The notes: a model not told the origin generated them from the sequence alone. A DNA stretch of 64,000 nt from an uncultured Chloroflexia bacterium (GCA_963774265.1 CAVZDU010000007.1:1-64000); one strand, 5' to 3'. Shown: positions 32,435 through 42,692, numbered from the stretch's first letter. Numbers and translations are program-made.

Positions 32435-33773
32435 CGTGCTGCAACGGCACTGCGCTGCGCTTCCTTTGGCGCCGGTATGGCGGGCTCGCGGAATGGGCCG
32501 GCCTTGAGGTCATCCCAATAGCCCTGACTATCCAGGGCTCTGGCAGACCAAATCGCAACGCCGCGCGTGCCGCGCAGCCGGGCATAAGCGATGCGTTCGG
32601 CGATCAAGCCGAAATTCGGTTGGTCTGCGCCCAGTCCCAGCCACACCTGGCGGGCGCCTTGCACGCTGAGATGGTCATCGGCCAGGATCTTCCACTTGTT
32701 GATGTCCTGGTTAATGTCGTCCCATAGATCATGGGCGCGATCGCATCAACACTGCCCTCCCTGAGCCAGCGGTGTGAGTCCTGGTAGTAGTCGTAGTAGC
32801 CCTGCGATGTCGGGAAGGTGATTGTGGCCGTTTTCTTGTAGGTGAACCAGACCGCAGCGCTCATTGTTGTGTTGGGTCGAATTGCCCTGACCTCGGAGGC
32901 GTAGCGCGTCATCCAGTAACTCAGGTTATCTCGCTGCCAGTTATCGAAGGTGACCGGCGGGGCTATGCTCTGCCATGCCGCGATGGTTTCGGGATCATAA
33001 GAATACTGGCGCCCCGGATAGCGGACGCGATCCAGGTGAATGCCATCGACCGCATACCGCGTGGCGATATCCTTGAATACCGCCAGGTTTTGGTTGTGGA
33101 CGCGTTCCACTCCTGGGCTACCGACGATATATTCGAAGCAGGCGACAGGATCTGACTTGGCATCGCCCATGGGTGTGGGTACGCCGTTTACCTTGGCATA
33201 GGCGCGCCAGGTAGGGTCGTAGAACACATCATCTGCGTTATAATTTGCGAGTCGCCAATAGGGGTGTTCAGGGATCGTGTGTGGCGGTGCGCCCCGACCG
33301 CACTCCCACAAACTGAAAGTGTTGACGTAAGCGTGAAGCTCCAAGCCGCGGGCATGGGCGGTCTCGATAGCGACGGCCAGGGGATCCCAGCCAGGGTCGC
33401 GACCAAGATCGTCGATCCTTGATGACGTCAACCGGTAGGACCAGGGTTCCAGGCCCGGAGAATAATAGGCATCGCCGGTGGCGCGCACCTGGAGTAGAAT
33501 TACATTGAACCCGGCATCAGCCGCTCGATTGATTAACTCCACCAGTCGCTCACGCCTGATCGGCGGGCTGCCAAGATCGAAGCGTGAGACCCAAAGTGCA
33601 CGAACCTCCTTGCTCAGCAGCTGCACCGGCGTGTTGGACTTTGGCCTGGTTATAAATGGCAAGTATATCGGTTTGGTTACCGTTACTTCGGGCTTAGGCA
33701 CGATGTCATCCACGTCCACCATAGCTTCACCATATCCCATCGCTAACAACGCAATAATAACCGCCATGATCAT
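32431..33773 (-). CDS. Secreted glycoside hydrolase-like 10 (DUF187/YddW-like); frameshift near 32715, start uncertain
   Basis: N-terminal hydrophobic segment; EVRALWV, LQVR..GDAYY, WDPL...AHARGLELHAY, VDGIHLD, YQD...W and PMIY motifs. Confidence 0.8.
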
Positions 33774-35221
33774 GCACGACGGTCTGACGACCAGCATTCT
33801 GGCGCATTTTAGCCGCAACTGCAGGTGAACGCAAACCCGGACTCGGTTCCGTCCTATGTTGGCGGACCGAGTCGGCCTGTTGGTAGGTGATAGTCGGCAG
33901 ACGGCTGCGCAGACTTCGCCTCCCGTCGCTCGCCGCCGGTAAGGGGCGACAAGCGACGGGACCGTGGGCGTTTACACGCCCAAAGCGTCCAGGTAGCTCA
34001 CTTTTCCGGGTGGCACGCCGGCGACTTGGAGGGCACTTTGGCCGGGATGCCGGTAATGACGTTTACGCTCAGACCTCCCTTGAGCGGGCTCGAAGTTATG
34101 GTAGATCGCCCAGACCAGGGTCGCCCGCTCCAGGCGCTGATCCGAGCGGTGGTTGCGGCCGCGGCTGAGTCGTAAGCGAAAATCTCGCCAGTACCACTCG
34201 GGTGTCACCCGCTGCAAGCCTTGGTAGTAAGCCAGCAGGTGCACGAGCACCCGATCGAGTTGCTCATTGAGCAGCTTGCCGAGGGTTGCGCCTAGCGGAT
34301 GCCCCAGCAGCGTGGCTAACGCTGCTTCCGCCTCAGTGTAACTCTGGGCGTCCATGATCTTGTGAATCAGCCCGCCCAACTCATCTCGGGTTTGCTTGCG
34401 GATGTGCTCGGCAGCTTCGCCGGTCAGGTCGCCCGCCGCTTCGCTGGCGGCTTTGGCGAGCTCGCCTCCCAGGTTGCGCCACAAATGCCAGACGCAGCGC
34501 TGATGCTGGACCCAGGCGAGGCTCCGGCGCAAGTAAGCCAGCAGCCCCTGTGCGCCATCGGACGTTGCGCCGCGCAGGGCATCCACGTCCAGTCCGGCCC
34601 GCTTAGCCCGTTCAAACAGCCGCTGCCACGATCCTGCCGACTCTTCGCCTTTGGCCACGACTGGCGGATAGACCAGGCCGGTAACGCTGTCCACGATGAG
34701 CAGCACGACCCGCTGCGCCTTGCCTTTCAGCTTGGCCCATAAGCCGTCCGTGCCCACCGCGTGCGTGTGGGCAATGCCCGCCAGTTGCCCGTCCACGCTG
34801 GCTTGAGCCGTTTTGCCGGCCCCGTCCAGCCAGCGCTGCACGGTGCTGGCCGCCAAATAACACCGCTCGCCGCTCTCGGGATCCAGCGGTCGCCAGAGCA
34901 ACCAACGTTCCTGGTGCCCCAACCAGGAGCGCAGCAACTCCGCCGTCCGCCGTAATGAGGTGCCGCCGTGTTGCCAGTGGTCGACCGCACAACGGTGAAC
35001 GTCCCGGGCATACCAACTACCGCGCACCAGCAGGGCCGACCGCTCCGAATACGTCTTGTTGCAGGCGTAGCACTTGTGGCGCTGGATGCGCACCTCCTGC
35101 CGGCCCCGATCCAGGAACCAGGGGTGACGGGGATACGTGCCCCAGCAACTCGTCCACGTCCCGCCACAGGTCGGACAGCGCTTCCAGTCCCAAACGCTGC
35201 GCTTGGCCAGCGTCACTAAGG

Positions 35222-37008
35222 TGTAGTGGGCAGAGAGGTTTGTCCTCTACAGAGTGGGCACAGACGTTTGTCCTCTTGCCCTTGATCGACGACAGATAAA
35301 TCGCCTAAGCTGGCAGTACTTCCTTTGTGGAGCGAGGGGGTGCTGCCATGCCACGATGTCCGGCTCGAGATTACGCTGATCGCTGTTTGGCCATCGAACT
35401 GCAACAGCGTGGGCTGCGTCAGTGTGAGATTGCGGCCAGGTTGCAGCGTCCGGTGCGTTGGGTGCGCCGCACGGTGGGCCGCTATGATGCGGCGGTCGGG
35501 ATGACCAGCCTGTGCGATCATTCGTCCCGGCCGCAGCGCTCGCCGCAACAGACACCGCCCGAGATCGAGGTGGCGATGTGTGCGTTGAAACAAGCCCACG
35601 GGGCTTGGGGGCGACGCCAGATTGCCAAGCAACTGCGCTGGCAGTGGCGTAACGAGCCCGAACGCCAACGCTGGGTTAGTGTCGGCCGTGTGCGGCGGGT
35701 CCTGGCTCGCCATCCGGAACTGGATCCGCCCGCCCCAGCGTCGGAGCGCCCCCCGCCGCGGCACATCGACTACCTGACCTGCAACCTGATCCTGGGCGGC
35801 GGACATCCACGAAACGCACCTCCCGGACGGGAGTATCTGGTACACCCTGCATTGGCTGGATCTGCATAGCCGTTTTGAGTTGGGCCAGCTGACGGCGCAA
35901 CGCTTGAGCGAGGCGTTGGTCGTGCACAGCTTTCTGAATGTCGCCCAGCAGTATGGTCTGCCCCGAATCGTCAAGACCGATCATGACAAGCTGTGGTACG
36001 ACGGGGTGAGCGGCCTACCGAGTCCCCTGACGCGCGTGCTCAGCGCCTTGGGCGTCTATCACCTGTTAGTGGGCCCCAAACAGCCTTGGTGGAACGGCGT
36101 CGTCGAACGCTATGTGCGCACGTGTCGCCAGGAAGTCGTCTTGCCGCCGGGCGATGACCCGCAGCTGCCGCAGGCCGTCGAAACAGCCCGCCACTTCTAC
36201 AACGAGCAGCGCTGTCACAGCCGCTGTCAGGATCAGCCCCCGGTGACGGTCTATCAATCGAGTGCACGCCGCGTACCGGCCGGTTTCGATCCTGCGCAAG
36301 TGCCCTTCACCCAAGAGTCCCTGGTGCTATCCCGGCAAGTAGATGCCAACGGACACATCCGCCTGGCCGGCCGCAGCTTGCCGTTCAGCCGGCGCTATGC
36401 GCACCAGGCCATCACCGTGACGGTCACTGGCTGGTCGGCCGTCGGTCAAGTGGCGGATGGCTGGCAACGTACCTGGGACCTCCACGCACAAGCCGTGCAA
36501 CCAGCCGTACCACCGCCGCCACCAGCCCTGCCGCAGCCCGTGCGCCGCAAGATAGATCGCGCAGGCTGTCTGACGCTTCAGTGCTACCGTTACTATGTCG
36601 GGATCGCCTGGACCGGTCAGACCCTGACCATCCAACGCAGCCAGGATACCTGGACGGTCAGCCTACCTGATGGCACGCAGAAGACCTTACCCTGTAAGCA
36701 TCTGTATCCGCAACCGCCCACCAAAGCCACTCCCGCGCAGCCCAAGACCCCTCCTACGTCACCAACAACGAACTGCACTCTGCCAAGTCGCCGCGTCAAC
36801 CAGAACGGCCAGATTTCCTTTCACAACCGCCTCTACTTCGTCGGCATCGGCCACAAGGGCCAAACGCTCGCCGTGGTCCCCACCGACATCGGTCTGGAGG
36901 TCTACACCCCCCAGCAGGCCTGGATCACGACTTGCCCGTGGAAGCCACCGCGCCAACCGGACAAACCTCTCTGCCCTATGTAGAGGACAAACGTATGATC
37001 CCATTACA
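35222..37008 (+). mobile_element. IS481-like insertion sequence nested in the outer transposase gene
   Basis: TGT...ACA ends with ~30-bp imperfect IRs (TGTAGTGGGCAGAGAGGTTTGTCCTCTACA / TGTAGAGGACAAACGTATGATCCCATTACA). 7-bp duplication ACTAAGG at 35215-35221 and 37009-37015. Confidence 0.9.
35348..36983 (+). CDS. IS481-like integrase-core (DDE) transposase (frameshift near 35790)
   Basis: HTH, SSRPQRSP, WGRRQI; DDE residues in WAAD / KTDHD / NGVVER; three C-terminal beta domains. Confidence 0.85.
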
Positions 37009-37247
37009 ACTAAGGATTGCAGGTGTGCCCTGCCTCGCTCTATAATGTTCATGGGCCGTGCGGCTTTCTTGTGCGGTGTCATAACTACACAATGGCCGTT
37101 TGGCCCATTTTTGTCAATAGCCCCTGTCGCTACACCGACCAACACAATCTGGAACCGAGTCCAAACCCGGCCAATTTCGGATTGCGGTGTTATACTTGTC
37201 TCTCTTAGCGATACCGCAGCGGATGCTAGCTCAAAGGAGGCTGCGCT

Positions 37248-39533
37248 CTGGGCACGCTGAATCCAAACATACCATCACCTGAACTGGCGAGGGCGCTTAA
37301 TGCCGCATCGACGCGCATGCGTGCATCCGGACGCACGCTCCTAACGCCCGCAATGCTGTTGCTGACCTTTGTCAAGGAGCCGGGCAGCGCGGCCTATCGC
37401 CTATTGACTGGCTTGGCCGCAGAGCGAAGCTTCCGGTTGGACGAGCTTGCAGCGTCGGCTGAGGCGTTCGCGCGCGCTGCACCGGGCAAGGATGCCGATT
37501 TTGTGTATGAAGGCGAGAATGGTCCCATTCGACTGTCCACCGAAATGCTGATCGTCCTCGATGAGGGGCGCAGTATTGCCGATGCGGCAGGGGAGAGCCA
37601 GGTGGGGACGGAACACGCGCTGGGTGGACTCGCAGAGCGCGGTGTCGGCACAGCGGGCATCCTCCGGCGCTACGGCATCTCCCGCGAGACGCTGGCCAGT
37701 CGGCTCGCCAACCACGCGCAGACGCAGCGGACCGCTGGCCAGGATCAGGTTGCGCGGGCAAAGGGAGGCGACACTGCGCCGGTGTACGTGCGCGAGGAGT
37801 TGATGCATGATCTGCTCGGCCTGTTGGCGTTAGCGAATCACCGGCATGTGGTATTGGTCGGCGATGCAGGTGTGGGCCGCCGGTCATTAGTGCAGGGCCT
37901 CGCCCTGCTCATGGCAGAGGGCAAAGGGCCAGCTGAGCTCAGCAATCTTGTGACGGTCTCGGAGCATGCGCTTCTTATCGACGCTGAGAAGGCGGTCGAC
38001 AGCGCCGCGCAGCAGGCGCGTGACGGCATCCTCTTCATCCCCAACGTTGAGCGCTTTTTCGGTAGTGCAGCGGTTAACGCGGAGTTCCCCAAGGCAACTC
38101 GAGCAGTCCAGCGCGCATTCCTTAATGTGCTCCCCGTGGTCATCGCCAGCACCACGGACGCTGCGTGGAACGACAGACTGGCGGCTGACAGCACCGTGCG
38201 CGAAAACAGCCACCGGCTGCGCGTGCCTGAGCCATCGGCAGAGGAATCGGTCAAGATCCTCTCTGTCCACAAGTCCCGGCTCGAGCACGACTATCGAGTC
38301 AAGATCGATGACGGCGCGCTTCCTGCGGCCGCAAATATGGCAAAGCGATATGTGGCCGGGACACCGCTGCCTGCCTCGGCTCTTGCCGTGCTGCATCGCG
38401 CCGGCGCCTTGCTCAAGTTGGCCGCACAATCAACAGTCCACCGACCGGCTTCGCCGGTAACTCCCCAGGATGGAACAGGCGCACCGTCCGCAGAGGGAGT
38501 TCAGTCAGCTGGGAGTATGGGGCCGGCGGCGACTGCAGACGCAACAGACTCCCTGCTGGACGGCGATGACGTCGCTGTCGCCGTCAGCGTTATGACCGGC
38601 ATCCCGGTGAGCAAGCTAGGTCTTGACGAACGGGCACGCTACGCCCACATGGTGGATGCCCTGCACCAACGCATCATCGGCCAAGAGGAAGCCGTGATGG
38701 CTGTCAGCCGTGCGGTCAAGATTGCACGCGTCGGCCTGAAGGATCCCAAACGACCTATCGGTTCATTCCTGTTCCTTGGCCCTACAGGTGTAGGCAAAAC
38801 GGAACTGGCAAAGGCGTTGGCCGAATTCATGTTTGGGTCGGAGGACGCCATGGTCGTGCTGGACATGAGCGAGTACCAGCAGGATCACACCGTGAACCGC
38901 CTGATCGGTGCACCTCCAGGCTATGTTGGATTTGAGGCAGGTGGGCAGCTTACAGAGAAAGTCCGGCAGCGTCCGCATACGGTTGTACTGTTTGATGAGG
39001 TAGAAAAGGCCCATCCTCGCGTGCTGGATGTCCTGCTTCAGATCATGGAAGAGGGCCGGCTGACCGATGCACAGGGCCGTGTCACATCGTTCAGCGAAAC
39101 GGTGATCATCCTGACCAGCAACCTGGGGTCTGAACACTTGGATAAGCCCGTGATGACCGATGAGATGCGCGAAGAGGTGTTGGAGGTCATGCGCGGAACG
39201 CTGCGGCCCGAATTCTTGAATCGTTTGGATGAGATTATCTTGTTCCTGCCGCTATCGTCAGATCAATTAAGCCAGATCCTCGACCTGCAACTAAAGAAGG
39301 AAGTCAAAATGCTGCAGGCGCAGGGTGTGACGCTGGAGATCACCGAGGCGGCGAAGTCGTGGCTGCTCAGTCAGAACGATCACCCTGAATGGGGCGCGCG
39401 GCCGTTGCGTCGAATCATTCAGAAGAACCTCCGCGAGCGGCTGGCTGACTGGCTGCTCACCGCCGCCCCGGAGAAAGGCGCACACGTCGTGGTGGACGCA
39501 GGGGATCCAGGATTGTCATTTGCGATGAGCTAG
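37248..39533 (+). CDS. Clp/Hsp100 AAA+ protein with degenerate first ATPase domain
   Basis: Clp N-domain, then D1 with GDAGVGRR / ILFIPNVE and D2 with GPTGVGKT, GYVG, LFDEVEKA and GARPLRR. AAGGAGG sits 7 nt before an in-frame CTG at 37248; the first ATG is at 37317. Confidence 0.85.
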   Translation: MGTLNPNIPSPELARALNAASTRMRASGRTLLTPAMLLLTFVKEPGSAAYRLLTGLAAERSFRLDELAASAEAFARAAPGKDADFVYEGENGPIRLSTEMLIVLDEGRSIADAAGESQVGTEHALGGLAERGVGTAGILRRYGISRETLASRLANHAQTQRTAGQDQVARAKGGDTAPVYVREELMHDLLGLLALANHRHVVLVGDAGVGRRSLVQGLALLMAEGKGPAELSNLVTVSEHALLIDAEKAVDSAAQQARDGILFIPNVERFFGSAAVNAEFPKATRAVQRAFLNVLPVVIASTTDAAWNDRLAADSTVRENSHRLRVPEPSAEESVKILSVHKSRLEHDYRVKIDDGALPAAANMAKRYVAGTPLPASALAVLHRAGALLKLAAQSTVHRPASPVTPQDGTGAPSAEGVQSAGSMGPAATADATDSLLDGDDVAVAVSVMTGIPVSKLGLDERARYAHMVDALHQRIIGQEEAVMAVSRAVKIARVGLKDPKRPIGSFLFLGPTGVGKTELAKALAEFMFGSEDAMVVLDMSEYQQDHTVNRLIGAPPGYVGFEAGGQLTEKVRQRPHTVVLFDEVEKAHPRVLDVLLQIMEEGRLTDAQGRVTSFSETVIILTSNLGSEHLDKPVMTDEMREEVLEVMRGTLRPEFLNRLDEIILFLPLSSDQLSQILDLQLKKEVKMLQAQGVTLEITEAAKSWLLSQNDHPEWGARPLRRIIQKNLRERLADWLLTAAPEKGAHVVVDAGDPGLSFAMS

Positions 39534-39569
39534 AGCACCGGGGGGGGAAGAACCTCCGGCGCGATTCGG

Positions 39570-41513
39570 CTACACGGCTCGCCGACGAACGTAGGAGGGC
39601 ATATGCTGTGAGGGAAAACTCGCCCGCGTCCAGTCGGTGGGGATGGCATCAACAGGTGCGGTGGTCTGGTGGCGCACCGCAACGAGGGTCATGTCATCGT
39701 ACTGGGCCGCGCCGCCGGTGAATTCATCGAGGGCGTGAAGAATACTCTGGATCAACGTGGACGCGCTCTCTCCTGCGTGAGCGAGCAGTGCCACCTGGAG
39801 GCGCTCATCGCCGAAAGTATTGCCTGAAGGATCACTGGCATCCGTGACCCCGTCAGAGTAGAGCAACAGAACGTCTCCAAGACCCAGTGAGGCCTCAAGT
39901 TCCTGCAGGACAATATCCTCAAAGGCGCCCAGAACTAGCCCTTTCGTTGGGAGTTCTGTGCATTTTTTCGTTGCTGCACTCCAGAGCAATGGCCGGTTGT
40001 GGCCCCCATTTGCGAACACGCTGCGGCCTGTGGTGAGATCGATCGTTACGTAACACGCGGTCAGAAATACATCGGATTGGCTGTCGCCCAGGATCATGCT
40101 GTTAGCGCGCGTGAGGACTGCGCCGGGCCGGCGGCCACCTAACGCGCTGGTACGAATGACCGTCCGGCTCAGGGCCATAAACAACGCCGCTGGCACGCCT
40201 TTGTCAGCGACATCGGCGATGACCACACCCATGCGCAAAGGTGTGCCGGGCAAGTAGAAATAGTCGTAGAAATCGCCGCCAACGATCTGTGCAGGGCGAT
40301 AGGCGGCGGCGAAGTCCCAACCCGGCACCTCAGGTGCATCTTCGGGTAGAAGGCTCAGCTGGATTTGACGCGCCACTTGTAACTGTTCGTCTAGCCGCTC
40401 CTGGTGCGACGATTCTTCCTGGAGACGGGCGGTCTCCAGCGCCAGCGCGGCCTGGTTGGCCATCAGTTGCAGTAGGCGCACGTCATCGTCGCTTGCGCGA
40501 TGCACGCGGCGCATATCGACCATCAGGGCGCCGATCGTCCTACCCTCCGCTAACAGTGGCGCAACGCAATGTCCGCGGAAGTCTTCGATAGCAGCCCATC
40601 CGGGCACCAGGATGCCATGCGAATCAGCCGAGACATCCTCTATGATCACGGGCTGCTGGGACAGAATGGCCCGACCTGGGCCGCTGCGCTCGTCAAAACT
40701 GACTTCTCGATTGGCAGCCACCGGGTCTTCGCGCCAGCCGCTTGCTGCGCGGAAGAGGAGCGTATCGCCCGAGGTATCCGGCAGGATAAGTGCACAGGCA
40801 TCTGCGTTGAGTAACCTGCGGACCTCATCAACCAGGTGGCGCATGAGAACATCCAGATCACCGTGACCGAGAAGGCGATTCGAAAACTCCAGCAGCGCGG
40901 TGAGTTCACGCGCATGTTTCGCTTGTATCATTTGGGTGAGACGAACGAGTTCAATTGCTATGCCCATCTGGCGGCCCGCATGTGTCAGGAGGGCAAGTGC
41001 GTCCGATGTCAAGGCGGAGCGATCAGGGGCGAGAACATTGAGGATGCCGATACTGTGGGAGCCGGCCTGTAATGGGGCGGAGGCATGTATGACGGGCGTG
41101 ATCGAGTCGTAGCCCTCGCGCCGCGGTTCAGTGGCATCGTTTGATGGAGCCTGATCGAGCCTCGCCACAGCCAGTCGAGAGCATTGGAGGATGTTGTATC
41201 CGGCCTGAAGTAGGCCGGCGTTGCATCGACGCTGACACTCGCAAGGACCATCCCAGGGCAGGCGTAGGTCGGGCGACAGCTCGGTCGGCAAACCATGATG
41301 CGCCGCGAGAACATAACCCGGTCCGAACCGCCTATCCTGCGCGACGGGATCGACCAGGAAGATCCACCCTGTGCTCAGCCGCATCAAGGCGAGGAGACGC
41401 TCCAGCGCACGCGAGAGCAACTGCTGCGCGTCGCCTCCTTCGTGCAGCAAGTCGGTGATCTCATTTAGTCCCGCTAGTTGATCGGCTAGTGCCGGTCCTC
41501 GCGGCTCAGACAT
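39570..41513 (-). CDS. GAF-GAF-SpoIIE (RsbU-like PP2C) serine phosphatase
   Basis: ARQIQLSLLP, VGGDFYD, IADVADKG, LYSDGVTD and DDMT motifs, preceded by two GAF domains. Confidence 0.9.
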   Translation of the reverse strand: MSEPRGPALADQLAGLNEITDLLHEGGDAQQLLSRALERLLALMRLSTGWIFLVDPVAQDRRFGPGYVLAAHHGLPTELSPDLRLPWDGPCECQRRCNAGLLQAGYNILQCSRLAVARLDQAPSNDATEPRREGYDSITPVIHASAPLQAGSHSIGILNVLAPDRSALTSDALALLTHAGRQMGIAIELVRLTQMIQAKHARELTALLEFSNRLLGHGDLDVLMRHLVDEVRRLLNADACALILPDTSGDTLLFRAASGWREDPVAANREVSFDERSGPGRAILSQQPVIIEDVSADSHGILVPGWAAIEDFRGHCVAPLLAEGRTIGALMVDMRRVHRASDDDVRLLQLMANQAALALETARLQEESSHQERLDEQLQVARQIQLSLLPEDAPEVPGWDFAAAYRPAQIVGGDFYDYFYLPGTPLRMGVVIADVADKGVPAALFMALSRTVIRTSALGGRRPGAVLTRANSMILGDSQSDVFLTACYVTIDLTTGRSVFANGGHNRPLLWSAATKKCTELPTKGLVLGAFEDIVLQELEASLGLGDVLLLYSDGVTDASDPSGNTFGDERLQVALLAHAGESASTLIQSILHALDEFTGGAAQYDDMTLVAVRHQTTAPVDAIPTDWTRASFPSQHMPSYVRRRAV

Positions 41514-42027
41514 ACTTCTCGACTTTGAAGCGATACAGGTCCACCTTTTCGCCTTGTGCGATGCCGCCTTTAAGACGCGCATACCGTACCTGGGTCTCGC
41601 TGTCGTTGATACCCTCGATGTCCGGCAGTAGCAGACCTCGACGCCAGTCCCGTTGAACGATCACGCCGTAAACCTTCGGATTCAGCTGGTTGATCGATTC
41701 GATCGGTTCAGGTGGATACAGCACACTGACGTCGATTACCAGATCCTCCAACTCGGCTGGGGTTACGGGGCGGAAGCGCGGGTCGCGCGTGGCGGCGGAG
41801 ATTGCATTGTTGATAACCTCCTGCGCTAACGAGTCCTCGGTCGGCTGGATGGTGCCAATACAACCGCGCAGTTCCCGGGTGCTCGCGGTGTGGAGGGTGA
41901 CGAACGCGCCTGCAGGTTCTCCTTCGATTGGTTCAGGTGCGTCCTCCGGTTTGATTTTTCGGCTCGTGCGCACATAAGCATCGATTGTCTTGCGGGCGAG
42001 CTGGACGAGCGGATGTTCCTCTGCCAT
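41506..42027 (-). CDS. amrA: AmmeMemoRadiSam system protein A (AMMECR1 domain)
   Basis: AFVTLH, LRGCIGT, AATRDPRF, GLLLPD. Confidence 0.9.
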   Translation of the reverse strand: MAEEHPLVQLARKTIDAYVRTSRKIKPEDAPEPIEGEPAGAFVTLHTASTRELRGCIGTIQPTEDSLAQEVINNAISAATRDPRFRPVTPAELEDLVIDVSVLYPPEPIESINQLNPKVYGVIVQRDWRRGLLLPDIEGINDSETQVRYARLKGGIAQGEKVDLYRFKVEKYV

Positions 42028-42101
42028 AGGATCCTTCACTTGTAACGGTGGGGATCAGGCGATTCTCCGCCCCAACGGTTTGGGCAGACCGATATCTTCA
42101 C

Positions 42102-42692
42102 CTACTCCCCGAGTTCGCCAACCAACTCAGGCTCCCCCCATGCGGCCCACGCCCACCGATGGCTGCCCAACCCATCCGTGGCGAAGGCTAACCTCAACAT
42201 GTTGCCAGAGTGGAACGGCAATTCGATCTCGGCCGCCTCCCAGCGTACTGGCCAGCCTGCGCGGCTCCATACCTGCCAGCCGTCCACCCGGATGCGAAAC
42301 GCGACCAGTTGTTCGACGCCTTGCGAGCCATCCCGGATGCCTGTGGCAAAACGCAGCCGAAGGTTGCGCAAGCCGGCAGGGACAGGAACATGGAATTCTG
42401 CCAGTGCTTCGCCGTTTACAGGCGGATGCTCCCACAGGGCTGGACGAGTCTCGCCGCCGACTGAAGCCACCGCGGCTTTCACTTCCATGCCCGCCGGCTC
42501 TTTGGCTGCGCGAACGTCGGCTTGAGCGAAATGCTCCAGAAAGTTGTACTGCCATGCACGTTGGCCCGCATCCTCGCTCTTGCGTGGGTTGTTCTGTCGC
42601 CAGTCCAAAAAGGTCAAGAACTCGCGCACGAGCGCTTGATCGGCAGCTGGAAGCGCTGCAATCTGGTCACAGAGGTCATCGATCCCGTTCAT
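42102..42692 (-). CDS. Hypothetical protein: short helical N-domain (DUF2281-like) plus beta-sandwich C-domain
   Basis: IAALP...VREFLTFL, followed by ALWEHPP...FRIRVDG...WAAWGEP. Confidence 0.55.
   Translation of the reverse strand: MNGIDDLCDQIAALPAADQALVREFLTFLDWRQNNPRKSEDAGQRAWQYNFLEHFAQADVRAAKEPAGMEVKAAVASVGGETRPALWEHPPVNGEALAEFHVPVPAGLRNLRLRFATGIRDGSQGVEQLVAFRIRVDGWQVWSRAGWPVRWEAAEIELPFHSGNMLRLAFATDGLGSHRWAWAAWGEPELVGELGE

Larger units (their letters stand above)
33972..37052 (-). pseudogene. DDE transposase of the outer IS, split into 37052-37009 and 35221-33972
   Basis: Rejoined frame MNIIERGRAHLQSL|VTLAKRSVWDWKRCPTC. Zn ribbon, GTDG, TSDG, CxxH (QRCVWH) and PEWYWR motifs. Confidence 0.85.
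33840..37161 (-). mobile_element. Mutator/IS256(ISH6)-like insertion sequence, interrupted by a nested IS
   Basis: Terminal inverted repeats GACTCGGTTCC...TGTTGG (33840) and CCAACA...GGAACCGAGTC (37161). 8-bp target duplication CAAACCCG at 33832-33839 and 37162-37169. Confidence 0.88.

Noticed and set aside
35222-35280. CRISPR-like repeats near the transposases
   Set aside because: There are only two short repeats per end with no spacers. They are transposase-binding subterminal repeats, and no cas genes are present.
35780-35800. Programmed frameshift in the IS481-like transposase
   Set aside because: No slippery heptamer is visible, IS481 transposases are normally single ORFs, and the window's indel rate explains it.
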